Shown here: positions 54,835-63,347 of the stretch, piece by piece | Layout of the letters: the number at the start of each line of letters is the position of its first letter | Position numbering within the stretch: position 1 is the stretch's first letter | Assembly: GCA_947366545.1 (NCBI GenBank) | Contig: CANBAL010000001.1 | Span: 50,168 to 114,167 of the forward strand | Direction of reading: 5' to 3' | Source: an uncultured Clostridia bacterium | GTDB lineage: Bacteria > Bacillota > Clostridia > Christensenellales > UBA1242 | DNA: 64,000 nucleotides | Translations under genes and position numbers: made by a program | Notes under the pieces: model-generated | Told to the model about the DNA's origin: nothing | Seen by the model: the letters and a program-made list of their open reading frames with translations, nothing else | Databases searched by the model: none

Positions 54835-57060
54835 ATGCGTATTGAAGGTGTGATTGAAGAGATTATCTTTCGTAACGACCAAAATGGTTATAGCGTAATT
54901 GTGGTAGACCAAAACAACACTATGACCACCTGCGTTGGAAAAATGGTTTCAACAAATATCGGCGAAAACATTGCTATGGAGGGCGAATTTACCAACAGTA
55001 AATACGGCCTTCAATTTTCCTTTTCTTCCTATGAAATCATTATGCCAACCACCCTTAAAGGTATAGAGCAATACCTTTGCAGCGGACTTATCAAAGGTGT
55101 AGGCCCTGTAACTGCAAAAAATATTGTCTCACATTTTAAAGAAAACACCTTCGATATTATTGAGATGTCCCCTACTTCACTAGCCGAAGTGAAAAACATT
55201 AGCCTTAAAAAAGCACTTGATATAGGTGAAAAGTTTAAAGAACTTAAAAAACTGCAAAACTCGGTAATGTTTTTGCAAAAATATAATATTTCCACCAATA
55301 TGGCCCTTAAAATATATGAAATATATGGCGATAGAACAATAGATACCGTAAAAAACAACCCTTATAGGCTTGTTGAAGATATTTCGGGGGTAGGCTTTTT
55401 GACCGCCGACCGCATCGCCAAAAATATTGGTATTCCTCACAATAGTGAGTTCCGTGTTAGAGCAGGCTTGCTTCACTGCCTTATGACAGCGGTGGAACGC
55501 ACAGGAAACACATACCTGCCTAAACAAATGCTGATAACCAATGCGGTAAGTGTACTAGAACTAAATTATGAAGAAAATAAGGATCTTTATACCGCAGCAC
55601 TTGACAGTCTAGCACTAGACAAGACCTGCAAAGTGATGTGGCACAATAATATGGAAATTGTGATGCAGTCGCAATACTATTTCTACGAAAGTAGCGTGGC
55701 ACAAAAGTTAGGTCTACTCAACCGCTCTGTCATCTCCAAAAAACTTGATTTAACCGATGAAATAGCTCATTTTGAAAAAATAAACAATATTTCCTTTCAT
55801 GAGGAACAGAAAAACGCTATCACAAACTCAATTAATAGCGGAGTATCAGTTATCACTGGTGGCCCTGGTACTGGAAAGACTACAATTATTAAGTGCATTA
55901 TTGACATTTTGACACAAAACAAATTAAGGTTTATGCTTTTGGCACCTACTGGTAGAGCATCAAAGCGGCTTTCTGACAGTACTGGCTGTGAAGCGAAAAC
56001 CATTCATAGAGCGCTTGAAGTGACGCAAGGCAGCACCTCACGCTTTGTGCATAATGAAAACAATCCCTTTGAAACCGACTGTGTTATTGTAGACGAGGTA
56101 TCTATGGTGGATGTCGCACTTATGAACCACCTTTGCAAAGCACTCCCCCGTGACTGCAAACTCATACTCGTTGGCGATAAAGATCAGCTGCCAAGCGTAG
56201 GTGCTGGAAATGTGCTTGACGACATACTGAAAAGCGGAAAAATTACAATCTCAATGCTTACAAAAATTTTCCGTCAAGCCGACAACAGCCTTATCATTAC
56301 TAACGCACACCTTATCAACGCTGGCAAAATGCCACTTATCGACAACACTTCAAAAGACTTTTTCTTTGAAGAGCGGCTGGATTTAAATTCAATAAAGGAT
56401 TCAATAATCGATATGGTGACAAGGCGACTGCCAGACTTCACCAAACTTGAAAGTAATCAAATCCAAATTCTTGCACCACTTAAAGCGGGCGTCTGTGGTA
56501 TTGATAATCTAAACCGCACCCTTCAAGAAAAACTTAACCCTCCATCACTACACAAACAAGAAATTGTTGTTGGAGATACCATTTACCGTGAGGGCGACAA
56601 GGTGATGCAAACAGCAAACAATTACAACCTTATTTGGAAAAGAATAAATGGCTTTTTGGAAGAAGAAGGCGAAGGGGTATACAACGGCGATATTGGCTTT
56701 ATTGAAAACATTGATTTTCAAACTAATGAGGTGCTTGTCATTTTTGAAGACGGAAGAAAATGCCTTTACCCTCGCACAGAAATCAGCCAACTTTCCCTTG
56801 CCTATGCAATTACCATTCACAAAAGCCAAGGCAGTGAGTTTGATATAGTCGTAATGCCAGTAATTGCAGGCGCAAGTATGATACTCACCCGCAACCTGCT
56901 TTACACGGCTGTAACCCGTGCAAAGAAAATGGTTGTACTTGTTGGAGAAAAAAAGAATTTAAAACGTATGGTATCTAACAACTACACCACACAAAGATTT
57001 ACTCTATTAAAAGACCTACTTATCTCGGCTGATGACAAAATTAACGAGCTTTTTAATTAA
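54835..57060 (+). CDS. recD2: RecD2-type SF1B ATP-dependent DNA helicase
   Basis: The N-terminal OB-like IEGVIEEIIFRNDQNGYSVI is followed by an HhH region, Walker A (VITGGPGTGKTT), Walker B (VIVDEVSMVD), and C-terminal AITIHKSQGSEF. Confidence 0.85.
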   Translation: MRIEGVIEEIIFRNDQNGYSVIVVDQNNTMTTCVGKMVSTNIGENIAMEGEFTNSKYGLQFSFSSYEIIMPTTLKGIEQYLCSGLIKGVGPVTAKNIVSHFKENTFDIIEMSPTSLAEVKNISLKKALDIGEKFKELKKLQNSVMFLQKYNISTNMALKIYEIYGDRTIDTVKNNPYRLVEDISGVGFLTADRIAKNIGIPHNSEFRVRAGLLHCLMTAVERTGNTYLPKQMLITNAVSVLELNYEENKDLYTAALDSLALDKTCKVMWHNNMEIVMQSQYYFYESSVAQKLGLLNRSVISKKLDLTDEIAHFEKINNISFHEEQKNAITNSINSGVSVITGGPGTGKTTIIKCIIDILTQNKLRFMLLAPTGRASKRLSDSTGCEAKTIHRALEVTQGSTSRFVHNENNPFETDCVIVDEVSMVDVALMNHLCKALPRDCKLILVGDKDQLPSVGAGNVLDDILKSGKITISMLTKIFRQADNSLIITNAHLINAGKMPLIDNTSKDFFFEERLDLNSIKDSIIDMVTRRLPDFTKLESNQIQILAPLKAGVCGIDNLNRTLQEKLNPPSLHKQEIVVGDTIYREGDKVMQTANNYNLIWKRINGFLEEEGEGVYNGDIGFIENIDFQTNEVLVIFEDGRKCLYPRTEISQLSLAYAITIHKSQGSEFDIVVMPVIAGASMILTRNLLYTAVTRAKKMVVLVGEKKNLKRMVSNNYTTQRFTLLKDLLISADDKINELFN

Positions 57061-57065
57061 AAACC

Positions 57066-57800
57066 ATGAAATTTCAAGAATTTTTAAAGAAAACTAAAAA
57101 ATTTACATTAAATATACTTTTCCCTGAAAAGATAAAGTGTATCTTTTGTGGTGCCGACATAGATAATTTTGAAACAAGACCCTACTGTGACGATTGTGCA
57201 AAAGAGGACTTTTTCAATGTTGGCAACAGGTGTATGTTCTGCGATGTTAAGATAAAGAAACACAATATTGTATGTGACTTTTGCGGCCATAATAGAAAGA
57301 AATTTGAAAGAGCCTTTTGCCCGCTAATATATAAGGATGAAGCAAAGAACAGTTTATTACGCTTTAAAAGTGATAACGCAAGATACCTTGCCTACCCTTT
57401 TGCGAAACTGATATATAAGCGTATACAAGAAGAAAACATTGATATTGATATTATCATTCCAGTCCCTATGCATGAAAAGTCGCGAAGAAGAAGGGGCTAT
57501 AATCAAGCCGAGCTTCTTGCTGTGGAACTTGCCAAACTTATGAATTGCGAGACAAAAAGCAATGTTGTAATCAAAGAAAAGCAAACCAAGGATCAAAAGG
57601 CCTTGAACTACCGCGATAGACTAAAAAATCTTACTAATTGTTTTAGGCTTAAAGATAAAGAGGCTATTAGAAATAAGAATGTCCTCATAATTGACGACAT
57701 TCTAACCACAGGTGCCACTATGAATGAGGTTGCCATGACAATGCAGCCCTACGCACTACATATTTATGCGGCAGCGGTGGCAAGAGACATGGTGGAATAA
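57066..57800 (+). CDS. comFC: ComF-family (ComFC-like) phosphoribosyltransferase-domain protein
   Basis: It has N-terminal Cys-rich zinc-finger pairs (CIFCG...CDDC, CMFCD...CDFCG) and a PRTase motif, VLIIDDILTTGAT. Confidence 0.7.
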   Translation: MKFQEFLKKTKKFTLNILFPEKIKCIFCGADIDNFETRPYCDDCAKEDFFNVGNRCMFCDVKIKKHNIVCDFCGHNRKKFERAFCPLIYKDEAKNSLLRFKSDNARYLAYPFAKLIYKRIQEENIDIDIIIPVPMHEKSRRRRGYNQAELLAVELAKLMNCETKSNVVIKEKQTKDQKALNYRDRLKNLTNCFRLKDKEAIRNKNVLIIDDILTTGATMNEVAMTMQPYALHIYAAAVARDMVE

Positions 57801-57824
57801 ATTAAAATTATTTTTCAAAAACAC

Positions 57825-57853
57825 TTGACAGCATTATGTAATTTTCGTATAAT
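57825..57853 (+). promoter_or_regulatory. Consensus sigma-A promoter for tRNA-Glu (TTGACA-17-TATAAT)
   Basis: TTGACAgcattatgtaattttcgTATAAT lies about 35 nt upstream of the tRNA 5' end. Confidence 0.6.
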
Positions 57854-57887
57854 GGCTAAGTATCAAAAAATCCCTCTTTTGATATAT

Positions 57888-57962
57888 GGCCTCTTGGTCA
57901 ATCGGTTAAGACATCGCCCTTTCACGGCGGAGTGAGGGGTTCGACTCCCCTAGAGGCTACCA
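57888..57962 (+). tRNA. tRNA-Glu (anticodon UUC) with encoded CCA
   Basis: GGCCTCTTGGTCAATCGGTTAAGACATCGCCCTTTCACGGCGGAGTGAGGGGTTCGACTCCCCTAGAGGCTACCA folds into a cloverleaf. The 7-bp acceptor stem is GGCCTCT/AGAGGCT, the anticodon loop is CTTTCAC, and the T-arm is GGGGTTCGACTCCCC. Confidence 0.9.
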
Positions 57963-57963
57963 G

Positions 57964-57990
57964 AAAAAAACACCGTTAGGTGTTTTTTTG
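57964..57990. terminator. Bidirectional terminator after tRNA-Glu and the convergent lipoprotein gene
   Basis: AAAAACACC-gtta-GGTGTTTTT. The loop contains the stop codon of the minus-strand gene. Confidence 0.7.
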
Positions 57991-58467
57991 TTGCATCAGT
58001 TGTGTGCCCTCTTTGATGATTACTTTATAAACTTGCTCCTCACTTCCGTCCTGCCATGTGATTTTGATTTCTATCACTTCCTCTATATTTTTTATAAGAG
58101 GGTATATTATTGCTTCGCCCGTCTTTTGTCCATTCACTTCTTGATAAAAGTCGCCAGAAGAAATTGTTTTGCCTTGAATGGAAATGCTTCCTGTTTCATA
58201 TTCTTTTACCATGGAAGGAGCGACAAACTTTAAACCTATACGATTGCCGCCCTCCTGCCAACCTCGTGCTATATTTTTTTCATAATATTGTATTTGCTCA
58301 TTTTCGCCGCCAATAAAGATCTCCCCTGTTGACTTATTATATTTAAAGGAAATGCTACCTCCGATATTTTCACTATCGCGTGTACAATTTGCTAAAGGTA
58401 GGGTTTGATTACAACCCGTCAATATTAATGCTAAACAAAGAAAAATAAGACAAAGTAGCTTTTTCAT
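57976..58467 (-). CDS. Predicted lipoprotein, function unknown
   Basis: The lipobox is LALILTGCNQ. The ATG at 58467 lies 6 nt after AGGAG. Confidence 0.6.
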   Translation of the reverse strand: MKKLLCLIFLCLALILTGCNQTLPLANCTRDSENIGGSISFKYNKSTGEIFIGGENEQIQYYEKNIARGWQEGGNRIGLKFVAPSMVKEYETGSISIQGKTISSGDFYQEVNGQKTGEAIIYPLIKNIEEVIEIKITWQDGSEEQVYKVIIKEGTQLMQQKNT

Positions 58468-58482
58468 CACCCGCTCCTTATC

Positions 58483-59928
58483 TTATTTATTTGCAGTTTG
58501 TGAGTTTTTATTTTCTCTATTTAGCATAAGTTGGATTTTTAACACATCACTGCGTTTAACAGAATAATTAGAAAATAGTATTATCGACCCAGCAAGAGCA
58601 ATGGCACAGCCACAGAAAACTATAATTCCTAGACCATTTTGCACCGACATTGCTTGCACCGGTTGGGAAGAATCAAATTTGATTAGGTCAAGTAAAAAGC
58701 CCATAATAAGAAGTGCGATAGAGTTTGCAAGGTTGTAGGTGAAGGTGAAAAATCCAGAATAGGCGCCTGCATTATTTTTACCTGTTTTATATATTTCTAG
58801 CGTCACGACATCAGCGTACATTGACATAGGCAGAGAGTACATAGCACCCGCACCCATACCGCAGAAAATTATGCAAGGAAGGACTAGATAAAACATCTTC
58901 GCGGGCGAGATAAAGGTTCTAAAAAGAAAAGTCAGAGTTGTGAGTGCAATGCCGCAAACGATTAAGGAAAGAGAAATAATAAGTGCCTTTTTCTTATCCA
59001 GCCTTTTTGACACTTTAAGCCATAATGGTTGCGAAATAATTGCACCGCCAAAAAGGGCAAACAAAAGTATTGATATCTGTGTGCTTGAAAAATGGTAGCA
59101 ATAGGTGAACAAGTGCATACCCACCCCCGTCAAAAAGGCAGAGGCAATAAGTGCCATGGAGTAGCCCAAAATTACCGCTCTAAAATCCCGCTTTTTTAAA
59201 ACTTCCAAATAGCCTGACAAGAGTTTACCTAAACTGAACTTTTCCTTTTTGAAAGATAGAAGATAGACATTATTTCTTTTTTGCACCTGTTTAAGGCATC
59301 CCCATACCACAATACTGCTTGATATAAGCACAAGAGCAGAGTTGACATAGGCAATATTGATATACCCCTCTTGACTAAATTCAGTTTGGATGCCAAGAGA
59401 AATTGAAGGCATAAAAAGATAAACGAAAATGCTTGGCAGTATCATGCCTATTATACTAAATATTGTTTTATAACTTTGCACCTTATTTTGCTCGTTATAA
59501 TCGGGAGCAAGGTCAATACCAAGTGCAGAATATGGAGTGCCAAAAAAGGTGTTCGCGCTTTCTATTGCAAGCATGGAAAGAAGAAGCCAAACAAATTTCC
59601 CGCCTTCACTTAAAGATGCAGGCATGGTCCAGATAAGAATATTTAATAAGGCTATTGCAAAACTGCCAAAAAACATATAGCCAAGCCGTCTACCAAAAAA
59701 TTTATTTTTTGTATTATCAGACAGATAACCGACAAGCGGGTCACTTACCCCGTCCCAAAGTGACGCCATAGCCACAGCAATCCCAACAAGCGTGCCAGAT
59801 ATTCCCATTATGCTTGTACCAAAAAACATGATAAAATTGGACAAGGTATTTCCCATGCAACCATATCCTAAACAACCTGCGCCATAACATAATTTTGTGT
59901 AAAATGGTAATCTGTCTTTATTTTTCAC
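58483..59928 (-). CDS. MFS transporter of the glycoside-pentoside-hexuronide (GPH) type
   Basis: It has 12 TM helices. WDGVSDPLVGYLSDNTKNKFFGRR matches the GPH signature D..DP..G...D....(F)GRR. The start is a GTG without an obvious SD, so the start position is uncertain. Confidence 0.7.
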   Translation of the reverse strand: MKNKDRLPFYTKLCYGAGCLGYGCMGNTLSNFIMFFGTSIMGISGTLVGIAVAMASLWDGVSDPLVGYLSDNTKNKFFGRRLGYMFFGSFAIALLNILIWTMPASLSEGGKFVWLLLSMLAIESANTFFGTPYSALGIDLAPDYNEQNKVQSYKTIFSIIGMILPSIFVYLFMPSISLGIQTEFSQEGYINIAYVNSALVLISSSIVVWGCLKQVQKRNNVYLLSFKKEKFSLGKLLSGYLEVLKKRDFRAVILGYSMALIASAFLTGVGMHLFTYCYHFSSTQISILLFALFGGAIISQPLWLKVSKRLDKKKALIISLSLIVCGIALTTLTFLFRTFISPAKMFYLVLPCIIFCGMGAGAMYSLPMSMYADVVTLEIYKTGKNNAGAYSGFFTFTYNLANSIALLIMGFLLDLIKFDSSQPVQAMSVQNGLGIIVFCGCAIALAGSIILFSNYSVKRSDVLKIQLMLNRENKNSQTANK

Positions 59929-59987
59929 TATTGTAACTTATGCGTGGAAAATAAAGACTATGAAAAAAAAGAAGGCAAAACCTCCTT

Positions 59988-60713
59988 TTATTCTTCTTCC
60001 TGTTTTTCTTCGATTATCACTGGTTTTGGATGCAACAATCTATCGGCAATCTCAAAGCGGCTTTCTTGATAGTACACAAGTTCCTTACAATAATGGTCGA
60101 TTGCTTCTATTACTATCTTATTGTCTTTTTCATATTTCTCCCCTTTTGGAAGGTGGAGAGTAAAACCATTGCGTTTTACCTTCTTATTTGTTTCAAGGTC
60201 TTTATAAATGGCAGTTTCATATAATAATGTACAATTATAGCCATTTCCGCTTACAACTCTAAATCTCTTACCTGTGACAACTATCTCGATTTTAGGCAGT
60301 GTTTGTCTCACCACCGATACAAGGTCAATTGTAAATGCATTTGAAAACGCATTGCTTACTGCATTTGCAATCTGTGTTGGGAAATCCTTTGGTGCTTCCG
60401 TGCTTTCACATTGTCCTAATTCAAATTTTTGGCTAGGGCGTTTATAGCCGCCAGTAAGAGAACTTATCTTTCTCACCTTAAAAAAGGATTGGCCCTCTTC
60501 ATATTGTTTACTTATTACAATACCCGCTTTGGAAAGCATATTGCTTTTAACATCATAAACTATTTCACGGCCATTAAAATCCCTCTCATAGGCAATTCTA
60601 TGATATGGCATATTCTTATTTAACTTATCAATAATCTTGTTATAATCCTTACCTATGAAAAAATAGTGCGCCTTTTTATAATTTTCCGCTTGAATGCGTT
60701 CGTTTTCTTTCAT
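59988..60713 (-). CDS. Hypothetical cytoplasmic protein (possibly CYTH-like beta-barrel)
   Basis: I chose the ATG at 60713 after AGAGGTG. It shows an alternating beta-strand pattern and has no EXEXK motif, so the family assignment is not supported. Confidence 0.4.
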   Translation of the reverse strand: MKENERIQAENYKKAHYFFIGKDYNKIIDKLNKNMPYHRIAYERDFNGREIVYDVKSNMLSKAGIVISKQYEEGQSFFKVRKISSLTGGYKRPSQKFELGQCESTEAPKDFPTQIANAVSNAFSNAFTIDLVSVVRQTLPKIEIVVTGKRFRVVSGNGYNCTLLYETAIYKDLETNKKVKRNGFTLHLPKGEKYEKDNKIVIEAIDHYCKELVYYQESRFEIADRLLHPKPVIIEEKQEEE

Positions 60714-60805
60714 ATTCACCTCTATTTTAGTTTACCTAAGTTTACCAAAAAAAGCAAATGTTTAACTATCTTTTTTTATGTCAAACATTATTATAAGGAG
60801 GAAAT

Positions 60806-61387
60806 ATGGAATTTAATAAAAGTAAAACAAAAGAAAGTGTGGCACGCGCCTTTGCTGCGGAGTGCCAAGATGGTGCAAGATATCAATTTATGGCAAAATC
60901 CGCGTTAAGTGAGGGTTTTTCTTTTATCTCCGACCAACTGAAAGTGCTGGCAAAAAATGAAATGGCCCACGCTTCAAGGCTTTACAGCCTTATGATTGAC
61001 AACTGCCAAGGGAAAGAAGACAATGTGCCTATTGAAGCAGGCTACCCTTTTGAGCCGTCCGAACTGAAACATAGCCTTTCAACGGCTGCACAAATTGAAG
61101 AGTATGAGGCAAAAAATATCTACCCCCATTTTGCAAAGGTGGCAAAAGACGAGGGTTTCCCTGAAATTGCGAAAGCATTTCTGCTTATCGCAGAGGTGGA
61201 AAATACCCATGCTGTAAAACTGCAAACCCTTGCAAATCTATACAAAGCAAACAAACTTTATCGAAGCCCTGAAAAAATAAAGTGGACTTGTTCCAACTGC
61301 GGCTATGAGGAAGAGAAAAAAGAAGCGTGGAAAAACTGCCCGCTTTGTAATTACCCACAGGGCTACGCGATGATAAAGTATTATTAG
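60806..61387 (+). CDS. rbr: Rubrerythrin
   Basis: It has a ferritin-like diiron domain (E..H pairs, e.g. NEMAHASRL and EVENTHAVKL) and a C-terminal rubredoxin-like CSNCG...CPLC. Confidence 0.85.
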   Translation: MEFNKSKTKESVARAFAAECQDGARYQFMAKSALSEGFSFISDQLKVLAKNEMAHASRLYSLMIDNCQGKEDNVPIEAGYPFEPSELKHSLSTAAQIEEYEAKNIYPHFAKVAKDEGFPEIAKAFLLIAEVENTHAVKLQTLANLYKANKLYRSPEKIKWTCSNCGYEEEKKEAWKNCPLCNYPQGYAMIKYY

Positions 61388-61404
61388 GACAGACACCACT
61401 CGGA

Positions 61405-61446
61405 AAAATACATTTTAAGTTGTTTCAACATAAAATGTATTTTTTG
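61405..61446. terminator. Long bidirectional terminator hairpin after rbr; also closes the candidate sRNA on the opposite strand
   Basis: AAAAATACATTTTA-AGTTGtttCAACA-TAAAATGTATTTTT, with T-runs on both strands. Confidence 0.7.
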
Positions 61447-61594
61447 ACGCGGACACGCCATGTTTTACATGGCTAACCGCTGTCCTCGCGGTTTCTCCAC
61501 CTAGTCCTCTTCCAAATAAGGTGTCCTTTGGACTACGCGGGCAAAATGATACATTTTGCTTTTCCGCTTTCCTTACGGAAAGTCCGCCAGTCCG
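61447..61594 (-). ncRNA. Candidate structured small RNA of unknown class
   Basis: A GC-enriched island of about 150 nt lies between two terminators in a convergent intergenic region. It has at least six fully Watson-Crick helices (see finding). A possible promoter, TTGCTA-16-TATTAT, is at 61601..61628 on the minus strand. The adjacent hairpin 61405..61446 would act as its terminator. The strand assignment rests only on the promoter and terminator placement. Confidence 0.35.
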
Positions 61595-61649
61595 ATTTCA
61601 TAATAATATTTATTAATTAGATAGCAATTTTCTTACTCTTATTAGATTA

Positions 61650-61680
61650 AAAAAACAACCCCTCAGGGTTGTTTTTTAAT
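61650..61680 (-). terminator. Terminator after hup
   Basis: The minus strand reads AACAACCC-tgag-GGGTTGTT followed by TTTTTTT. It overlaps the TAA stop. Confidence 0.7.
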
Positions 61681-61948
61681 TTATCATATCTTTAAAACTG
61701 TTACCAAATTTGAAAGATGGCACCTTGCAAGCCTTGATTTTAACCTTCTGTTTTGTAAGAGGATTAATACCTTCTCTTGCTGCCCTCTTCTTCACCTCAA
61801 AAGTACCGAAACCAGCGATTTGGATTTTCTCTCCTTTTTTGAGTGTGTCAGCGATTGTTGCTGCCATTGCATCAAAAGCAATTCCTGCATCTTTTTGTGT
61901 GAAATTTGCTTTCTCAGCAAACGCTTTGATAAACTCTGCTTTATTCAT
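61676..61948 (-). CDS. hup: DNA-binding protein HU
   Basis: MNKAEFIKAFAEKANFTQKDAGIAFDAMAATIADTLKKGEKIQIAGFGTFEVKKRAAREGINPLT is the canonical HU sequence. Confidence 0.92.
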   Translation of the reverse strand: MNKAEFIKAFAEKANFTQKDAGIAFDAMAATIADTLKKGEKIQIAGFGTFEVKKRAAREGINPLTKQKVKIKACKVPSFKFGNSFKDMIN

Positions 61949-62024
61949 TCTTTTTCTCCTTTTTTGGCTTTTTGCCTTAGCCTATAATATCATATTCTTG
62001 CCACTTTTCCAAACAAATTTAGCA

Positions 62025-62807
62025 TTACCAAGCAAAATAATTGTTTATTTTGTCAAAAAAGTAGCCAGACATCACTTTAAATTTCTCAAATTCAAGTTTA
62101 TTTTCTCGTAAAAGTGAATAAGCGTCTTTAATTGTAACTCTTACTACACCGACAACTTGGTTGACATTACATGGCCCCAGTGCCCTAGCATCAGTGCTGT
62201 TTGCACGATTATCACCCATAAAAAAGACTTCATCTTTCTTGAGTGTGTAGAATAACTGCCCGTCTACCATGGTATAATCACCAGACCTTAAATAAGTATT
62301 ATAAAAATCTTGTTGGTAGTTCATGCCTTGATAAGTTTGATACTCCATGGCTGACCATTCAAGGTAAGACTTTATATAATCTTCTTCAATCCTCTCCACT
62401 GTGTCGCTACCTTTTCGTATCACTGAAAGACGATACTCCCCTTGCAAATCTCCATGCTTGGCTATACTTATCTTATCACCTTCTAATGCTATCACTCGTT
62501 TAATTATAGTATTCTTGAAAATTGGCAACTTTATTATAATGATATCATTCACTTTTATATCATGGGTCTTCTCAACAAAAACGCCATCTTGATAAACTTC
62601 GCCATTTGCTACTACAAAAGGCTCCGGATTGATTGTAGGCTGCATACTTCTTCCCTGTACTGGGTAGTACTTATAATTGAAATAAAAATACATTCTTCCA
62701 GCAAGCAATAGCATCAGCACAATAAAAAATGCAATAAAAATTCGAAGCAGCACCTTTCGCTGTACCTGTTCACTTCTTGTTTCACCATTGAATGTTGGAA
62801 AATCCAT
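62025..62807 (-). CDS. lepB: Signal peptidase I (P-type, LepB/SipS-like) with enlarged body
   Basis: It has an N-terminal TM anchor, the catalytic Ser box GRSMQPTINP, the Lys box (IIKRVIALEGDKI), and GDNRANSTDAR. Confidence 0.75.
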   Translation of the reverse strand: MDFPTFNGETRSEQVQRKVLLRIFIAFFIVLMLLLAGRMYFYFNYKYYPVQGRSMQPTINPEPFVVANGEVYQDGVFVEKTHDIKVNDIIIIKLPIFKNTIIKRVIALEGDKISIAKHGDLQGEYRLSVIRKGSDTVERIEEDYIKSYLEWSAMEYQTYQGMNYQQDFYNTYLRSGDYTMVDGQLFYTLKKDEVFFMGDNRANSTDARALGPCNVNQVVGVVRVTIKDAYSLLRENKLEFEKFKVMSGYFFDKINNYFAW

Positions 62808-62816
62808 ACCCTTCTC

Positions 62817-63347
62817 CTATCTTTTTGAAAACTTACACCCGCAATAGTTTTGTCTATATAGATTATATTGTTTTGCAAGTTCAATACTTTTTTTGTAGCC
62901 GTCCTGCTTTTTGAAATTGCCATCGATAAATTCGATCTGCTCTGTTTCTTCCACCGCTTTGCCTATGCTGTTGATTACCAAACTATTTTTATGTGGACTA
63001 ACTGTGAGCGTGGTCGCAAAGGCATCATAACCAAGTTCCTTAGCAAGGCGTGCTGTTTTATCTAGTCGTAACTTAAAGCACACCGCACATCTCGCTCCGC
63101 CCTCTGGCTCACCTTCAAGCCCTTTAACCTCATCTAAATACTCTTGTGGAGCAAAAGGCACCTCTATCACCTTTACTCCCACCGCGTCACAATAACGCTT
63201 TTGCTCACTTAAACGATGGTTGAACTCTTCAAGTGTATCTATATTTGGATTATAATAGACAACTGTAATATCATAATCATCTTTGAGTACATTGATGACA
63301 TGGGTGCTACATGGCCCGCAACAACTATGTAATAACAACTTTTTCAT
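62817..63347 (-). CDS. queH: Epoxyqueuosine reductase QueH (DUF208)
   Basis: LLLHSCCGPCS at the N-terminus, plus conserved Cys residues (CAVCFKLR, YCGC). Confidence 0.75.
   Translation of the reverse strand: MKKLLLHSCCGPCSTHVINVLKDDYDITVVYYNPNIDTLEEFNHRLSEQKRYCDAVGVKVIEVPFAPQEYLDEVKGLEGEPEGGARCAVCFKLRLDKTARLAKELGYDAFATTLTVSPHKNSLVINSIGKAVEETEQIEFIDGNFKKQDGYKKSIELAKQYNLYRQNYCGCKFSKR

Noticed and set aside
61447-61600. Assignment of the candidate sRNA to a known class (T-box, RNase P, SRP/4.5S, ZTP riboswitch, 6S)
   Set aside because: There are only short motif resemblances: GGTGGAGAAACCGCG versus the T-box GGTGGTACCGCG, GGAAAGTCCGCC versus the RNase P P4 GGAAAGTCCGGGC, a TTCC-GTAA-GGAA hairpin versus the SRP helix 8, and GACTGGCG versus ZTP. 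The length, the absence of a downstream gene, the missing internal loops or specifier features, and the three-way-junction layout do not fit any of them. A covariance-model scan is needed.
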